A stretch of 64,000 bases of DNA from an uncultured Nitrospiraceae bacterium (GTDB taxonomy: Bacteria > Nitrospirota > Nitrospiria > Nitrospirales > Nitrospiraceae). A program made the translations under genes and the position numbers. The notes beneath the pieces were generated by a model. The model did not search any database. It worked only from the letters and a program-made list of their open reading frames with translations, and was not told where the DNA came from. This document shows, piece after piece, positions 37,321 through 49,629 of the stretch. Numbering within the stretch: position 1 is the stretch's first letter; each line of letters opens with the position of its first letter. The DNA lies in NCBI GenBank assembly GCA_963730935.1, contig CAVSTP010000003.1, forward strand, positions 224,001 to 288,000, in the 5' to 3' direction.

Positions 37321-38778
37321 ATGTGCGTTGTGTCCCTTGCCTTTTCGAGCTGCGTCTCGCCTTCGAGGGAAGGGTTACCGCCCGGCAGTCCGTTTACCGA
37401 TCAGGTTGAAGTGAGGAAACCCAGTTTGCCTGCCGGAACAGCGGTGGGTGACATCACGAGTCATTCCGCCGAGCTGTGGCTCAAAACCCACGGGCCGAAA
37501 CACATACAGATTGAATGGGCTTCCGTTGAAGCGTGGAAACGGATATCCGCGATGGCCTCCGTGCAGTCGCCGGCGGCACGGACGCCGCCGGTGCTGACAG
37601 GCCCTGAAGCCGATTTCACGCTGACGGTGTCCATCGACCACCTCTCACCGGCCACGCGCTATCGCTACTACGTCCTTGTAAAGGATCCGGATCAACACGT
37701 GAAGGAAGTCCGACCGCATGTCGCTGCACAGGGCGAGTTTACGACCCTGCCGGATCCTGCCGCTTCCGTGCCCGTCACATTTGCTTGGAGCGGAGATTTG
37801 GGCGGGCAGGATCGTTGCCGGCAAGGGGAGGCGGGTTACCCCATTTTCGACAGGATCCGCGAGCAAAAGCCCGATTTTTTCATTTTTCTTGGCGACACGA
37901 TCTATGCCGACTTTGTCTGCGTGTCGCCGCCGAATGAGCCTGGCTCAAGCGTCATCGCGACGGAGTTGGCGGACTATCGTGCCAAGCATCACTACCAGCG
38001 GGGATCTGCAGCGTTGCGGCGGTTATTGGAAGCGGTGCCGGTATACGTCACGTGGGACGATCATGAGGTGAAGAACAACTTTGCGGGGCCGTTCGAGGAG
38101 CAAATGCCGGCGGGCCGGCAAGCCTTTCGCGAATACTGGCCCATCCATACCGACCTCTCCGAACCGAACCGGCTGTACCGAACAATTCGATACGGGTCAG
38201 ATTTGGAGATCTTTTTGCTCGACACCAGGCAGTATCGCAGCCGCAATGCCGATTTCGATAGCCCGGCCAAGACCATGCTTGGCGACGCTCAACTCCAGTG
38301 GTTACTCAAGGGTATCGCCGCTTCTACAGCGACGTGGAAAGTCATTGTCACCAGCGTGCCGCTATCCGTTCCCAAAGCCGGCGGGCCGGCCGTGCCCGGC
38401 TACGACGGTTGGGCCGGCGGGACGGATGGTACGGGTTTCGAACGTGAGCGCCAGGTGATCGTCGATGCCATCCTTGGGAAGGGGATCCGCAACGTCGTCT
38501 TTCTCGGCGGAGACATCCATTGGGTTCAGGGTAATGTCTATGATCCCGATCAGGACGGTGTGGCGGATTTTCACGAGTTCGTCAGCGGGCCTTTGTCAGC
38601 GTACCCCGGCCGTCCCACGGCTCCAAGTCCCGCCTTGCATCCCGCCACGCTGATCAACGAAGGAGGGTATGACAACTTCGGTTTCGTGCGCGTGACCAAC
38701 GAGGAGTTCGCCGTGTCGATCATCGACGGGACCGGCAAGACACGGTTCTTCTATCGGGTCCTTGCTCGGAATGGTTAA
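37321..38778 (+). CDS. Alkaline phosphatase D (PhoD) family protein; start uncertain
   Basis: FLGDTIYAD, WDDHEVKNN, LDTRQYR, MLGDAQLQWL, GDIH. Confidence 0.88.
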   Translation: MCVVSLAFSSCVSPSREGLPPGSPFTDQVEVRKPSLPAGTAVGDITSHSAELWLKTHGPKHIQIEWASVEAWKRISAMASVQSPAARTPPVLTGPEADFTLTVSIDHLSPATRYRYYVLVKDPDQHVKEVRPHVAAQGEFTTLPDPAASVPVTFAWSGDLGGQDRCRQGEAGYPIFDRIREQKPDFFIFLGDTIYADFVCVSPPNEPGSSVIATELADYRAKHHYQRGSAALRRLLEAVPVYVTWDDHEVKNNFAGPFEEQMPAGRQAFREYWPIHTDLSEPNRLYRTIRYGSDLEIFLLDTRQYRSRNADFDSPAKTMLGDAQLQWLLKGIAASTATWKVIVTSVPLSVPKAGGPAVPGYDGWAGGTDGTGFERERQVIVDAILGKGIRNVVFLGGDIHWVQGNVYDPDQDGVADFHEFVSGPLSAYPGRPTAPSPALHPATLINEGGYDNFGFVRVTNEEFAVSIIDGTGKTRFFYRVLARNG

Positions 38779-38835
38779 CGGGCATGGTCGCCTCTTGCAT
38801 TCTTGGTTGTCCACCGGTTACCGTACCTCCTTTCC

Positions 38836-38884
38836 CAGGATGCTGAAACAGCCCACTCGGCTTCGTCTTGCATCGCCTCAACGC
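38836..38884. repeat. Truncated end of an intergenic inverted-repeat element
   Basis: CAGGATGCTGAAACAGCCC...GCTTCGT...CCTCAACG resembles the left half of the 46066 element and the 59227 element ends. Confidence 0.55.
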
Positions 38885-38966
38885 ATTTGAAACAGAGATG
38901 GGAACCCGGCGTCGCCAAAAGGGCGGGGAGGGACGGTGACATCAGTCTGTTTCAGAAGGGATCCGC

Positions 38967-39206
38967 ATGCTGTTACAAGTGATGTCCATCGTCGGGGCCC
39001 TGATGGTTCTCGCCGCGTATGGAATGAATCAAGGAGGAGTCTGGCGGGAACTTCATGCCGGATATCTGACCCTGAACATTGTCGGTTCGCTGATGCTGGG
39101 CGTGGTCGCCATCGTCGACCAACGGGCAGGGTTTATTTTGTTGGAGTTCGCGTGGGCCGGCTTGGGATTGATCGGTGTGGCACGCGCCATGCGAGTGAAA
39201 CAATAG
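38967..39206 (+). CDS. Small 3-TM membrane protein (CBU_0592-like)
   Basis: GALMVLAAY...YLTLNIVGS...FILLE..W. Confidence 0.7.
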   Translation: MLLQVMSIVGALMVLAAYGMNQGGVWRELHAGYLTLNIVGSLMLGVVAIVDQRAGFILLEFAWAGLGLIGVARAMRVKQ

Positions 39207-39237
39207 CACTAGTCACATTCAATGGAGGAGTACCGTC

Positions 39238-39723
39238 ATGGCAGGGTTGATGTCTGCAGAAGAAATCTTTGAGAAGGCACAAACCGCAGCAGTTGCGGCG
39301 ACGAGTCCGGACGAGAAGGCCCTGCAGATCGATTATCCGGCGTTGCAGGAAAAGATCCGCGCCGCCCTGGCCGATCGCAAGGTGGCCCTATGCCACGTCA
39401 ATACATTCCTGCCGGAAGGTTATGAAGAGCAGGGCCGGTTCAACATGCTGTTGTTGACGGCCGGCAACGTGCTGTTCGACATGGTGATCGGCGATTCGTA
39501 TTTCCGGTACGACATCGTCTCGGTCGGTCAACTCGACAAGGTGCAGGTGATCGACGCCATGTGGGACAACAAGGAAAAGCGGAGAGAGGAGCCCTTTCTC
39601 AGTTTACGCCTCATGCACGGAGAAGAGGCCCATCTGCTGCTGGCGCTCGATGACCAGGAACGCGCGAGCCTGCTCAATTTTGCTCGAGCCGTGTCTGCCG
39701 CGCGCAATCCGGAACGCGCCTAG
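39238..39723 (+). CDS. Hypothetical protein
   Basis: GGAGGAG RBS, 161-aa ORF filling the gap. Confidence 0.75.
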   Translation: MAGLMSAEEIFEKAQTAAVAATSPDEKALQIDYPALQEKIRAALADRKVALCHVNTFLPEGYEEQGRFNMLLLTAGNVLFDMVIGDSYFRYDIVSVGQLDKVQVIDAMWDNKEKRREEPFLSLRLMHGEEAHLLLALDDQERASLLNFARAVSAARNPERA

Positions 39724-39733
39724 CGTCCCGATC

Positions 39734-40834
39734 CTAGGATGCTGCCTGGCGGAAGGGAAGGGGCTGCACGGTGGCCTCGTAACGGGCTCCGTCTGCTTCG
39801 ATGGTTAAGGTGGTCCCGGCCGCGCTGAAATCCCGCAAGGGAAATCCAAATGCAATCGGCGCCTTGAGTGCCGGCGACAGGGTCGCACTGCTCACCCATC
39901 CCACTTCTCGAGTCCCGGTGAACAGCTTTGCGCCTTTTGGCGGCACGACCGACCCTTTCACGACCAAGCCGACGAGACGGCGGCGTACCGAGCCGTACGT
40001 ATCCATGCGCGCGACCACTTCCTGCCCTGGATAACAGCCCTTGCTCAAACTGAAGGCCTTGTCTTCGAGATTGGCTTCCGGCGGCACGATCTCTTCATTC
40101 AAGTCGGGCCCGGCCTTGGTGATGCCGGCTTCCATGCGAAGGGCTTCACGCGCCTGACTCCCTACCGGCGTGATCCCATGCGGTGCCCCGGCCTCCAGGA
40201 GCCGCTCCCACGCCGGGACCAGGCCGTCGGACGGAATCAAGATTTCATAATCACGCTCGCCGGTTTCCTCGGTGCGGATGACCAGGGCGGTGAGACCACC
40301 AATGGCGGCGGAGATGAAGTTGACCGGTTTCAGCTCACCGACGTCCGTGCCGAACGCCGCCTTCAAGGCCACCGCAGCTTTAGGGCCGCTGACCAGCAAC
40401 AGTCCCCAGCTCTCCCGGCAGTTCTCCATTTTGGCTTTGGTGCCGTAGAGCAGAAATTTCCTCAGCGCGGTATAGGTTTGATCGCCGATCTCACCCACGT
40501 CCTCCAGCATGACGGCATCGGGCTGCATGTAGCAGCGGAAGTAGGTCAACATTTTCCCTTTATGGGTCAAAAAGCTCGAGTACCGCCCCTGGCCGGGCTG
40601 CATGGAGAGGAGATCGTTGCTGATCACGCTTTGAAGCCACTTCACCCGATCATCGCCGGTCACGCGAAGTTTGCCCCGATGGGAGAGGTCGGCGATACCG
40701 ACCGCTTCTCGTACGGCGCGGTATTCCGCGAGCATATCTCCGTAGTGCAGCGGGACTTGCCACTCGGTGACCTCCTCGAACGTGGCCTGTAATTTCGAGT
40801 GGTGGTCATGGAGGGGGGATTGTTTCATGGTCAT
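39734..40834 (-). CDS. GcvT/YgfZ-like folate-binding aminomethyltransferase family protein
   Basis: DLSHRGK, LRMEAG, KGCYPGQE motif. Confidence 0.88.
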   Translation of the reverse strand: MTMKQSPLHDHHSKLQATFEEVTEWQVPLHYGDMLAEYRAVREAVGIADLSHRGKLRVTGDDRVKWLQSVISNDLLSMQPGQGRYSSFLTHKGKMLTYFRCYMQPDAVMLEDVGEIGDQTYTALRKFLLYGTKAKMENCRESWGLLLVSGPKAAVALKAAFGTDVGELKPVNFISAAIGGLTALVIRTEETGERDYEILIPSDGLVPAWERLLEAGAPHGITPVGSQAREALRMEAGITKAGPDLNEEIVPPEANLEDKAFSLSKGCYPGQEVVARMDTYGSVRRRLVGLVVKGSVVPPKGAKLFTGTREVGWVSSATLSPALKAPIAFGFPLRDFSAAGTTLTIEADGARYEATVQPLPFRQAAS

Positions 40835-40856
40835 TCCTGATCGAGTCGCCCAGCGT

Positions 40857-41273
40857 TCACGACGCTGCGCGGGACATGATCCCTTCTACCAGATCCTTGG
40901 TTCGCATCGAAAACTCATTCCTGGAGACTATCTTCGTAACGCCCATGGACTTGGCTCGATTCCAGGTGTCGACCTCTTCGTGGTTGGCGAAGGCCAGGAT
41001 CGGCAGGTCCTGAAATTGCGGGTTGGTTCGAAGGGTCTCCAGGGCCTGGAACGCGTTCAAGATTTCATCATTCATATTGAGAATGACGGCAGCAGGGTGT
41101 GCGGCGGACGCCTTGAGGGCAATCTCCTCCTGAGACCGAGCCCGCTCGAGTGTGTAGCCGTTCGGCAGCAGCGCATCCCGAACCTTAGTATAGAAAAAGA
41201 TGTCGGTCACGGCGACGAGCACGGTCTTTGGGCCTGCACCCTTTAGATGGTTTTTCTCTGAATCCTTGGTCAT
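40857..41273 (-). CDS. Receiver-like single-domain protein lacking the phospho-acceptor Asp
   Basis: CheY-like pattern (TVLV..D, P..VIL, LPILAF) with N at the acceptor position. Confidence 0.6.
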   Translation of the reverse strand: MTKDSEKNHLKGAGPKTVLVAVTDIFFYTKVRDALLPNGYTLERARSQEEIALKASAAHPAAVILNMNDEILNAFQALETLRTNPQFQDLPILAFANHEEVDTWNRAKSMGVTKIVSRNEFSMRTKDLVEGIMSRAAS

Positions 41274-41296
41274 TGTTGGATCGCAGTCATGCGACT

Positions 41297-41812
41297 TCAG
41301 TTGAGCATGCTGACCAGCCGGCCAAGCGACCGCTTTGCCAGCACGTAGTCAGGATTCAGCGCGAGGGCCTGCTTATACGAGGCAATAGCCTCCGTCCAAT
41401 TTCCCTTTTTTTCGTGCACCCTGCCGAGATTCAGATGGGGAAATGCCGGGCTTTCGTATCGCTTAGCGTGCATGGCCTTTTGGAACCAGGGGATCGCCTC
41501 GTCGAGTTCGCCTTTCTCGATCAAATAGGCGCCGATGTCGTTGTAGGGGTTGCCAAACTCGGGGTCGCGCGCAATGGCGCGATGGCATTCTTCGATCGCG
41601 TCGTTGAGGCGTCCCATGAAACTATAGGTCCAGCCCAGGAAGGTATGAGCTTCGGCGGTCGGGTGGGCTGCGAGTGATTGCCGATACAGAGAAACAGCCT
41701 CCTCCAATTCGCCTTTCATTTGCTGTTGATAGGCCTTTTGGAAAAGTTCCCACGCCTCGCGCTTGTCTTCTTCGCGGCCCTCGCCCTGTATTAGGAAATC
41801 CTGGACATCCAT
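41297..41812 (-). CDS. Tetratricopeptide repeat protein
   Basis: Repeated A...LG..Y...G....A...A....P patterns. Confidence 0.88.
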   Translation of the reverse strand: MDVQDFLIQGEGREEDKREAWELFQKAYQQQMKGELEEAVSLYRQSLAAHPTAEAHTFLGWTYSFMGRLNDAIEECHRAIARDPEFGNPYNDIGAYLIEKGELDEAIPWFQKAMHAKRYESPAFPHLNLGRVHEKKGNWTEAIASYKQALALNPDYVLAKRSLGRLVSMLN

Positions 41813-41857
41813 AAAGCGGCTTCTGAAAAACGCCTTCTCACCCGGAGAAATTATAGC

Positions 41858-42658
41858 TCATTCGTTCTTGAGCTTTTTCTTGATCAAGTCTGCTCCATAC
41901 CGACCTGACAACAGCATGGACCCGAAGGCCGGCCCCATACGCGGCGTCCCATACACAGCGGCAACGGCCAAGCCGATCACGAAACAATTGGGATACACCT
42001 CGCCGGTATGATCCATGACATCTTGTTCAGAGCGGGAGACCCACATGGCGCCGTTGCCCGGCACTTCGGTGTACAGGTTCCGCCGGTGGAGCAGGTTCAC
42101 GACGACCGCGTCGTGCCCTGTCGCATCGACCACGATCTTGCTCTCGAGCGCAATCGGATCCACGTGAATGATATCGTGGCCGGCCATCTCGGCGGTTGTA
42201 TTGTTGACGACAACGCCTTCGAGGACTCCTTCACGGCGGACGATCAGATCGACAACCCGCGTCAAATTGAGCACTCTCGCACCGGCCGAGTAGGCGGCGG
42301 CGATGAGCGCGCCGGTGGCATGGGGCGGATCGACGATATACATGCCCTCGCAGTCTTTGACTTTCTTGCAAGGCACGCCGATTTCTTCGAGAATTTTATG
42401 GGCCGGGGCGCAAATGGTGGCCTTATTCATGAGATAGCCGCCATGCCAGAAGCCGCCGCCGAGGGCGAGGCTTTGCTCAACGATCACGGTGCGGAAGCCC
42501 ATGTCGGCCAAGTCCCGGGCGCAAATGAGGCCTGAGGGACCGGCGCCCACGATGATTACGTCGCTTTCGATCAGCTGATCGAATTCCTTATAGTATTCGC
42601 GCGCAATCTGCCTGGTGATATCGCGCTCGCGCAAGGGGGCAGGTTTTGGTTTTCCCAT
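41858..42658 (-). CDS. thi4: Thi4-type thiazole synthase, sulfide-dependent (non-Cys) form
   Basis: GAGPSGL, LGGG.W.GG, HVDP, DATGHD, PRMGP.FG.MLLSG; downstream of thiC. Confidence 0.92.
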   Translation of the reverse strand: MGKPKPAPLRERDITRQIAREYYKEFDQLIESDVIIVGAGPSGLICARDLADMGFRTVIVEQSLALGGGFWHGGYLMNKATICAPAHKILEEIGVPCKKVKDCEGMYIVDPPHATGALIAAAYSAGARVLNLTRVVDLIVRREGVLEGVVVNNTTAEMAGHDIIHVDPIALESKIVVDATGHDAVVVNLLHRRNLYTEVPGNGAMWVSRSEQDVMDHTGEVYPNCFVIGLAVAAVYGTPRMGPAFGSMLLSGRYGADLIKKKLKNE

Positions 42659-42719
42659 GAGAATCACTCCTCAGCGGATGCTCGAACACACGGCTTTCCG
42701 CATCTGCCTGACATCCCGG

Positions 42720-44690
<1,971 letters not shown>

Positions 44691-44700
44691 TCAACGGTTA

Positions 44701-44790
44701 ATCCGCTTCCCTACGCTGGTATTACCCAGGTCAGGTTCCAAGGGTCATCCGATTGCTCGGATTCTCAGCCTTGTGGCGCCCCTAGCTCTG
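44701..44790 (-). ncRNA. TPP riboswitch (THI element)
   Basis: Minus strand AGGGGCGCC..GGCTGAGA...ACCCTTGGAACCTGA.CTGGGTAATACCAGCGTAGGGAA. Confidence 0.96.
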
Positions 44791-44961
44791 GAACTCGATG
44801 GTATCGCCCGCTTCCCATGAAGTCAACGGGTCAATAGGCCTAGGGCCACATGGCACCGAATGGTCCAAGGCAAGAGGTCTTCTGCGCGGGCGCCGTTTCA
44901 TTGATTGGTCAAGGATGCGTGTCGTACAATGCAGTTCTACAGAGTAAACCTGAGGCGCCTT

Positions 44962-46065
44962 GTGAACAGCGTTTCGACACTGCCAAGACCCATCACTGAC
45001 TATCAGTCGATATCGCCTGAGGAACTGTTCCGCCGCATTGCCGACGCCAAACGGGCGCTGGGCAAGCAAGTGATGGTGCTAGGGCATAACTATCAACGGG
45101 ATGAAGTCATCGACCATGCGGACTTCCGCGGCGATTCGCTGCTGCTTTCGAAGCTGGCGGCCGAACGGTCCGAGCGGCCCTATGTCGTGTTCTGCGGGGT
45201 TCACTTCATGGCCGAAACTGCCGATATCCTGAGCCGAAGCAACCAGACGGTCATTCTGCCCGACATGGCGGCCGGCTGCTCGATGGCAGACATGGCGGCG
45301 ATCGAGCAAGTCGACCAGTGTTGGGAGACGCTCGGCCGCGTTGTGCCGGTCGAAGAGACAGTGATGCCGGCGGTCTACGTGAATTCGGCGGCCGTGCTCA
45401 AGGCGTTCTGCGGCGAGCACGGAGGCATTACCTGTACTTCGTCCAATGCCAAAGCCGTCATCGAATGGTGCTGGGCCAGGCGCGAGAAAATTCTCTTTTT
45501 CCCTGACGAACACCTCGGCCGCAATACCGCCAACAAGATGGGCCTTCCGCGTGAACAGATGATCGTCTGGGATCCGTTTCAGCCGAATGGCGGCAATACC
45601 CGGGACGCGATCCTGCGAGCGAAGCTCATTCTGTGGAAAGGTCATTGCAGCGTCCATCAAATGTTTCAGCCGGTCCATGTCGATCATTTCCGCAAGCAGT
45701 ATCCGGCTGGCAAGGTCATTGTGCATCCGGAATGTCATGAGGATGTCGTGAACCGGGCGGATCTGGCGGGGTCTACGGAACTCATCATCAAGACCGTCAC
45801 GGCTGCACCGGCCGGCTCCGTATGGGCGGTAGGGACTGAGCTCAATCTGGTCAATCGCTTGAAGCGCGACCTGACGGACAAAAAAGTCTTCTTCCTCTCG
45901 TCGACGGTGTGCCAGTGCGCGACCATGTTTCGGATCGACGCCGCACACCTCTGCTGGGCGATGGAGAATCTCGCAGACGGTCAGGTGGTGAACCACATCG
46001 TCGTGCCGGACGATGACAAGTACTGGGCGAAGATTGCCTTGGATCGAATGATGTCGGTGAGCTAA
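44962..46065 (+). CDS. nadA: Quinolinate synthase
   Basis: GHNYQ, FCGVHFMAETA, AGCSMADM, YVNSAA, CTSSNA, PDEHLGRN, HPEC, GTE. Confidence 0.96.
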   Translation: MNSVSTLPRPITDYQSISPEELFRRIADAKRALGKQVMVLGHNYQRDEVIDHADFRGDSLLLSKLAAERSERPYVVFCGVHFMAETADILSRSNQTVILPDMAAGCSMADMAAIEQVDQCWETLGRVVPVEETVMPAVYVNSAAVLKAFCGEHGGITCTSSNAKAVIEWCWARREKILFFPDEHLGRNTANKMGLPREQMIVWDPFQPNGGNTRDAILRAKLILWKGHCSVHQMFQPVHVDHFRKQYPAGKVIVHPECHEDVVNRADLAGSTELIIKTVTAAPAGSVWAVGTELNLVNRLKRDLTDKKVFFLSSTVCQCATMFRIDAAHLCWAMENLADGQVVNHIVVPDDDKYWAKIALDRMMSVS

Positions 46066-46178
46066 CGGGATCGTGAAAAACGGCCTCCAGCTTCGTTCTC
46101 GCTTCTCTCAAACCCTCAACGTACATCAGACCACCGTACGCCTCGGGTTCTCGCTCGCTGTCGTTTTTGACGATCCCG
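46066..46178. repeat. Non-autonomous inverted-repeat (MITE/REP-like) element
   Basis: 19-nt imperfect terminal inverted repeats CGGGATCGTGAAAAACGGC / GTCGTTTTTGACGATCCCG; internal CGTAC...GTACG. Confidence 0.7.
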
Positions 46179-46258
46179 CATGAAGACCTAGGGCTAGTAC
46201 CTCGCTACCCAATCCGGTATATTCGCTCCCTAATTCAGTTGGTGATCCGAGCCGATTC

Positions 46259-49078
46259 ATGGACTATAAGTCGACGCTGAATCTCCCCAAAACCGACTTC
46301 CCGATGAAGGCCAATCTGCCGCAGCGGGAACCGGAGCTGCTCGCCTGGTGGGACCAGGTCCGGCTCTATGTGCGCATTCAAGAGGCAGGCAAGGGACGAC
46401 CGCGCTACCTGCTGCACGACGGCCCGCCCTATGCCAACGGGCGCATCCACATCGGTCATGCCCTCAATAAGATTCTGAAAGACATCATCGTGAAGTCGAA
46501 AACGATGGCCGGGTTTCATGCTCCCTACGTGCCAGGGTGGGACTGTCATGGATTGCCGATCGAGCATCAGGTGTTGAAAGATTTGGGTGAGAAGAAGCAT
46601 TCCCTTGATGCCATGGCCATCCGGAAACTCTGTCGCCAGTATGCCGACAAGTTCCACAACATCCAGCGTGAAGAGTTTCAGCGATTGGGTGTGCTCGGCG
46701 ACTGGGAGAATCCGTACCTGACGATGCATCCTGCCTATGAGGCGACGATTGTGCGTGAGTTTGGAAAATTCGTCGAACGCGGGGGAGTCTACAAAGGACT
46801 GAAACCGGTCCTTTGGTGCACCCAGGATCAGACGGCACTGGCGGAGGCGGAAGTCGAGTACGAAGACCACGTCTCGCCGTCGATCTACGTGAAGTTCCCT
46901 GTGGCGGGCGGTTCGACTGCAGTCGCTGCGAAGTTCCCCACGGTGAACCTTCCTCCCGATGTCACATCAGTCTCGGTTGTCATCTGGACGACGACGCCGT
47001 GGACGTTGCCGGCCAACCAGGCCGTCTGTCTGCACCCTGACATCGACTATGCCTTCGTCCGAACCGGCTCTGAGGTGCTCATCATCGCGGAGAAACTGCT
47101 GGATGCCGTGGCGAAGGCTTGTAAGCTCGAAGAGTACCATGTCGTCGCCGTAAAAAAGGGCGGCGAAGGATTCGAAGGATTGGAGACCCAGCGGCCGCTG
47201 ACCACCGGCCTTTCACCAGTGCTTCTCGGGGATTTCGTCACGCTGGAGCAAGGTACAGGCTGCGTCCATATCGCACCCGGGCACGGCATGGAGGACTACC
47301 TGCTCGTCTTGGACCACAACGCGAAAGCATCACCGGGGGAACGGCTCGAGATTCTGGCGCCGGTCGATGATGCGGGCCGGTTTACGGATGCGGTTCCGGA
47401 ATTTGCCGGTCAGCATGTCTTCAAAGCCAACCAGGCGATCGTCGACGTGCTCCGATCGAAAGGCCGTCTCCTGGGCCATGGCTCCTTGGCCCATTCCTAT
47501 CCCCACTGCTGGCGCTGCAAGACTGCCGTAATCTTCCGGGCGACGGAGCAGTGGTTCGTCTCGATGGACATCAACGACCTGCGCAAGCACGCCTTGGCGG
47601 AGATCGATCGGGTCAGATGGATTCCGCCCTGGGGAAAGGATCGGATCAACGGGATGATCGCCAATCGTCCCGACTGGTGTCTCTCGCGGCAACGGGTGTG
47701 GGGCGTGCCGATTCCCGGTTTTACGTGTAGCGCTTGCCGCCAGGTGCTGGCTGATCTGGTGGTGATCGAGCATGTTGCCTCGATCATGGATCAGAAGGGA
47801 GCCGATGTCTGGTTCACACAGCCGGCGGCGGCGTTGTTGCCGCCGGGAACCTCTTGTGCCCAGTGCGGCGGCACCGATTTCGAAAAAGAGCGGGACATCC
47901 TGGACGTCTGGTTCGAATCAGGCGTCAGTTACGCGGCAGTGCTCAAGCCCTGCAAATGGTGGCCGGCTGATCTCTACCTTGAAGGCTCGGATCAGCATCG
48001 AGGATGGTTTCACAGCGCCTTGTTATCCGGTGTCGTAACTGATCGCCGGGCTCCTTACGAGGCGGTGCTGACTCATGGGTTCGTGCTGGATGGGCAGGGT
48101 AAGAAAATGTCCAAGTCGGCCGGCAACGTTGTGGCGCCGCAAGACGTCATCAAGCAATCAGGCGCGGAGATCCTTCGTCTCTGGGTCTCAGCGCAGGACT
48201 ACCGGGATGATGTGCGCATCTCACCGGAGATCCTCAACCATCTCATCGAAGCCTACCGGAAAATCCGCAACACCTGCCGGTTTGTGCTCAGCAATCTCTA
48301 TGATTTCGATCCCGCGCGGCACGGCGTCCCCTATGCGCAACTGCCCGAGCTCGATCGCTGGGCGCTCATGCGGCTGGAGGATCTGAAAACGAGAGTGCGC
48401 CGCGCCTATGAGGAGTTCGAGTTTCACGCGATTTATCATGCGCTGAATAATTTCTGCTCTGTCGATATGAGCGCGGTCTACCTCGACATCCTCAAGGATC
48501 GGCTCTATACCTTCCGCGCCGACTCTCCGGCACGTCGAGGGTCGCAAACCGTCCTGTACGAGATCATTCTAAGCATGACCAAGCTCATGGCGCCAATCTT
48601 GAGCTTCACGGCCGACGAGATCTGGCGGTCGCTTTCCGGTCAGTTTGGCGCTTCACCGGAGGCCGAGAGCGTGCATATGACGATATTTCCTGAGGCCAAG
48701 CAGGAGTGGCAGGATCCGGGGCTGATGAAGAGATGGGATCGGCTCCTGGAGGTTCGCACAGCGGTGCAAGCCGCTCTCGAAGAGCAGCGCCGCAATAAGG
48801 TGATCGGATCTTCCCTCGAAGCCGTCGTCGAGATACAGGCCAATCCGGACACGTACGGATTTCTCAAACCCTATGAGAGTGACTTGTCCGCCTTGTTCAT
48901 CGTGTCAGGAGCGAAACTCAAAGAGGTCCATCATCTGACTGAGAAGCCTGATGTTCTGGTGACCGTGTCGAAGGCAACGGCGAAGAAGTGCGAGCGTTGT
49001 TGGAACTATCGCGAGGCGGTCGGGACCAATGCGGCACATCCGACGCTCTGCGACCGTTGCGTGGAGGCGCTGCAGTGA
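46259..49078 (+). CDS. ileS: Isoleucine--tRNA ligase
   Basis: HDGPPYANG, HIGH, WTTTPWT, GSDQHRGWF, KMSKS, C-terminal CERCW...CDRC. Confidence 0.98.
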   Translation: MDYKSTLNLPKTDFPMKANLPQREPELLAWWDQVRLYVRIQEAGKGRPRYLLHDGPPYANGRIHIGHALNKILKDIIVKSKTMAGFHAPYVPGWDCHGLPIEHQVLKDLGEKKHSLDAMAIRKLCRQYADKFHNIQREEFQRLGVLGDWENPYLTMHPAYEATIVREFGKFVERGGVYKGLKPVLWCTQDQTALAEAEVEYEDHVSPSIYVKFPVAGGSTAVAAKFPTVNLPPDVTSVSVVIWTTTPWTLPANQAVCLHPDIDYAFVRTGSEVLIIAEKLLDAVAKACKLEEYHVVAVKKGGEGFEGLETQRPLTTGLSPVLLGDFVTLEQGTGCVHIAPGHGMEDYLLVLDHNAKASPGERLEILAPVDDAGRFTDAVPEFAGQHVFKANQAIVDVLRSKGRLLGHGSLAHSYPHCWRCKTAVIFRATEQWFVSMDINDLRKHALAEIDRVRWIPPWGKDRINGMIANRPDWCLSRQRVWGVPIPGFTCSACRQVLADLVVIEHVASIMDQKGADVWFTQPAAALLPPGTSCAQCGGTDFEKERDILDVWFESGVSYAAVLKPCKWWPADLYLEGSDQHRGWFHSALLSGVVTDRRAPYEAVLTHGFVLDGQGKKMSKSAGNVVAPQDVIKQSGAEILRLWVSAQDYRDDVRISPEILNHLIEAYRKIRNTCRFVLSNLYDFDPARHGVPYAQLPELDRWALMRLEDLKTRVRRAYEEFEFHAIYHALNNFCSVDMSAVYLDILKDRLYTFRADSPARRGSQTVLYEIILSMTKLMAPILSFTADEIWRSLSGQFGASPEAESVHMTIFPEAKQEWQDPGLMKRWDRLLEVRTAVQAALEEQRRNKVIGSSLEAVVEIQANPDTYGFLKPYESDLSALFIVSGAKLKEVHHLTEKPDVLVTVSKATAKKCERCWNYREAVGTNAAHPTLCDRCVEALQ

Positions 49079-49602
49079 AGAGAGGCTCCCGTTATCTGCT
49101 TCTGGCGCTGATCGCTGTCACCGTGATCATCCTCGATCAAGCCACGAAATACTGGGTCACGCAGTCGATGCGACTGCATGAGTCGATTCCCATCATCCCG
49201 AATCTTTTTAGCTTCACCTACATCCGCAATCCCGGCGCGGCATTCGGCCTGTTGGCGGGCAGCAGCAATGCGTTTCGGACGGTGTTTTTCGGCGTCACGT
49301 CCCTGTTCGCCTTGGCGCTCCTGGGTACGATTTTGGTGCGATTGCCCGAAAGGGATTGGATTGGGCAAGTCAGCATCGCCGGAATCCTCGGTGGAGCAAT
49401 CGGAAATCTGATCGACCGTCTGCGGTTCGGAGAAGTGATCGATTTTCTGGATGTCTATCTGGAGTCCTACCACTGGCCGGCGTTCAACGTGGCCGACTCG
49501 GCGATCAGCGTCGGGGTCGTCTGCTTGATCATCCACTTTGCGTTCGAACGGAAAGAGGCGCCGCTTCCCGCGCCGGATACTCCTCCGCCGACAGGCTATT
49601 GA
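49075..49602 (+). CDS. lspA: Lipoprotein signal peptidase II
   Basis: DQATK, NPGAAFG, GAIGNLIDR, VIDF, FNVAD; overlaps the ileS stop. Confidence 0.96.
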   Translation: MKRGSRYLLLALIAVTVIILDQATKYWVTQSMRLHESIPIIPNLFSFTYIRNPGAAFGLLAGSSNAFRTVFFGVTSLFALALLGTILVRLPERDWIGQVSIAGILGGAIGNLIDRLRFGEVIDFLDVYLESYHWPAFNVADSAISVGVVCLIIHFAFERKEAPLPAPDTPPPTGY

Positions 49603-49629
49603 ACAGGATCCCCGAAGCGAAAGCCTCGC

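Noticed and set aside
46066..46258. T-box riboswitch upstream of ileS
   Set aside because: No T-box consensus (GGTGGNACCGCG) or terminator; the structure is explained by the inverted-repeat element.
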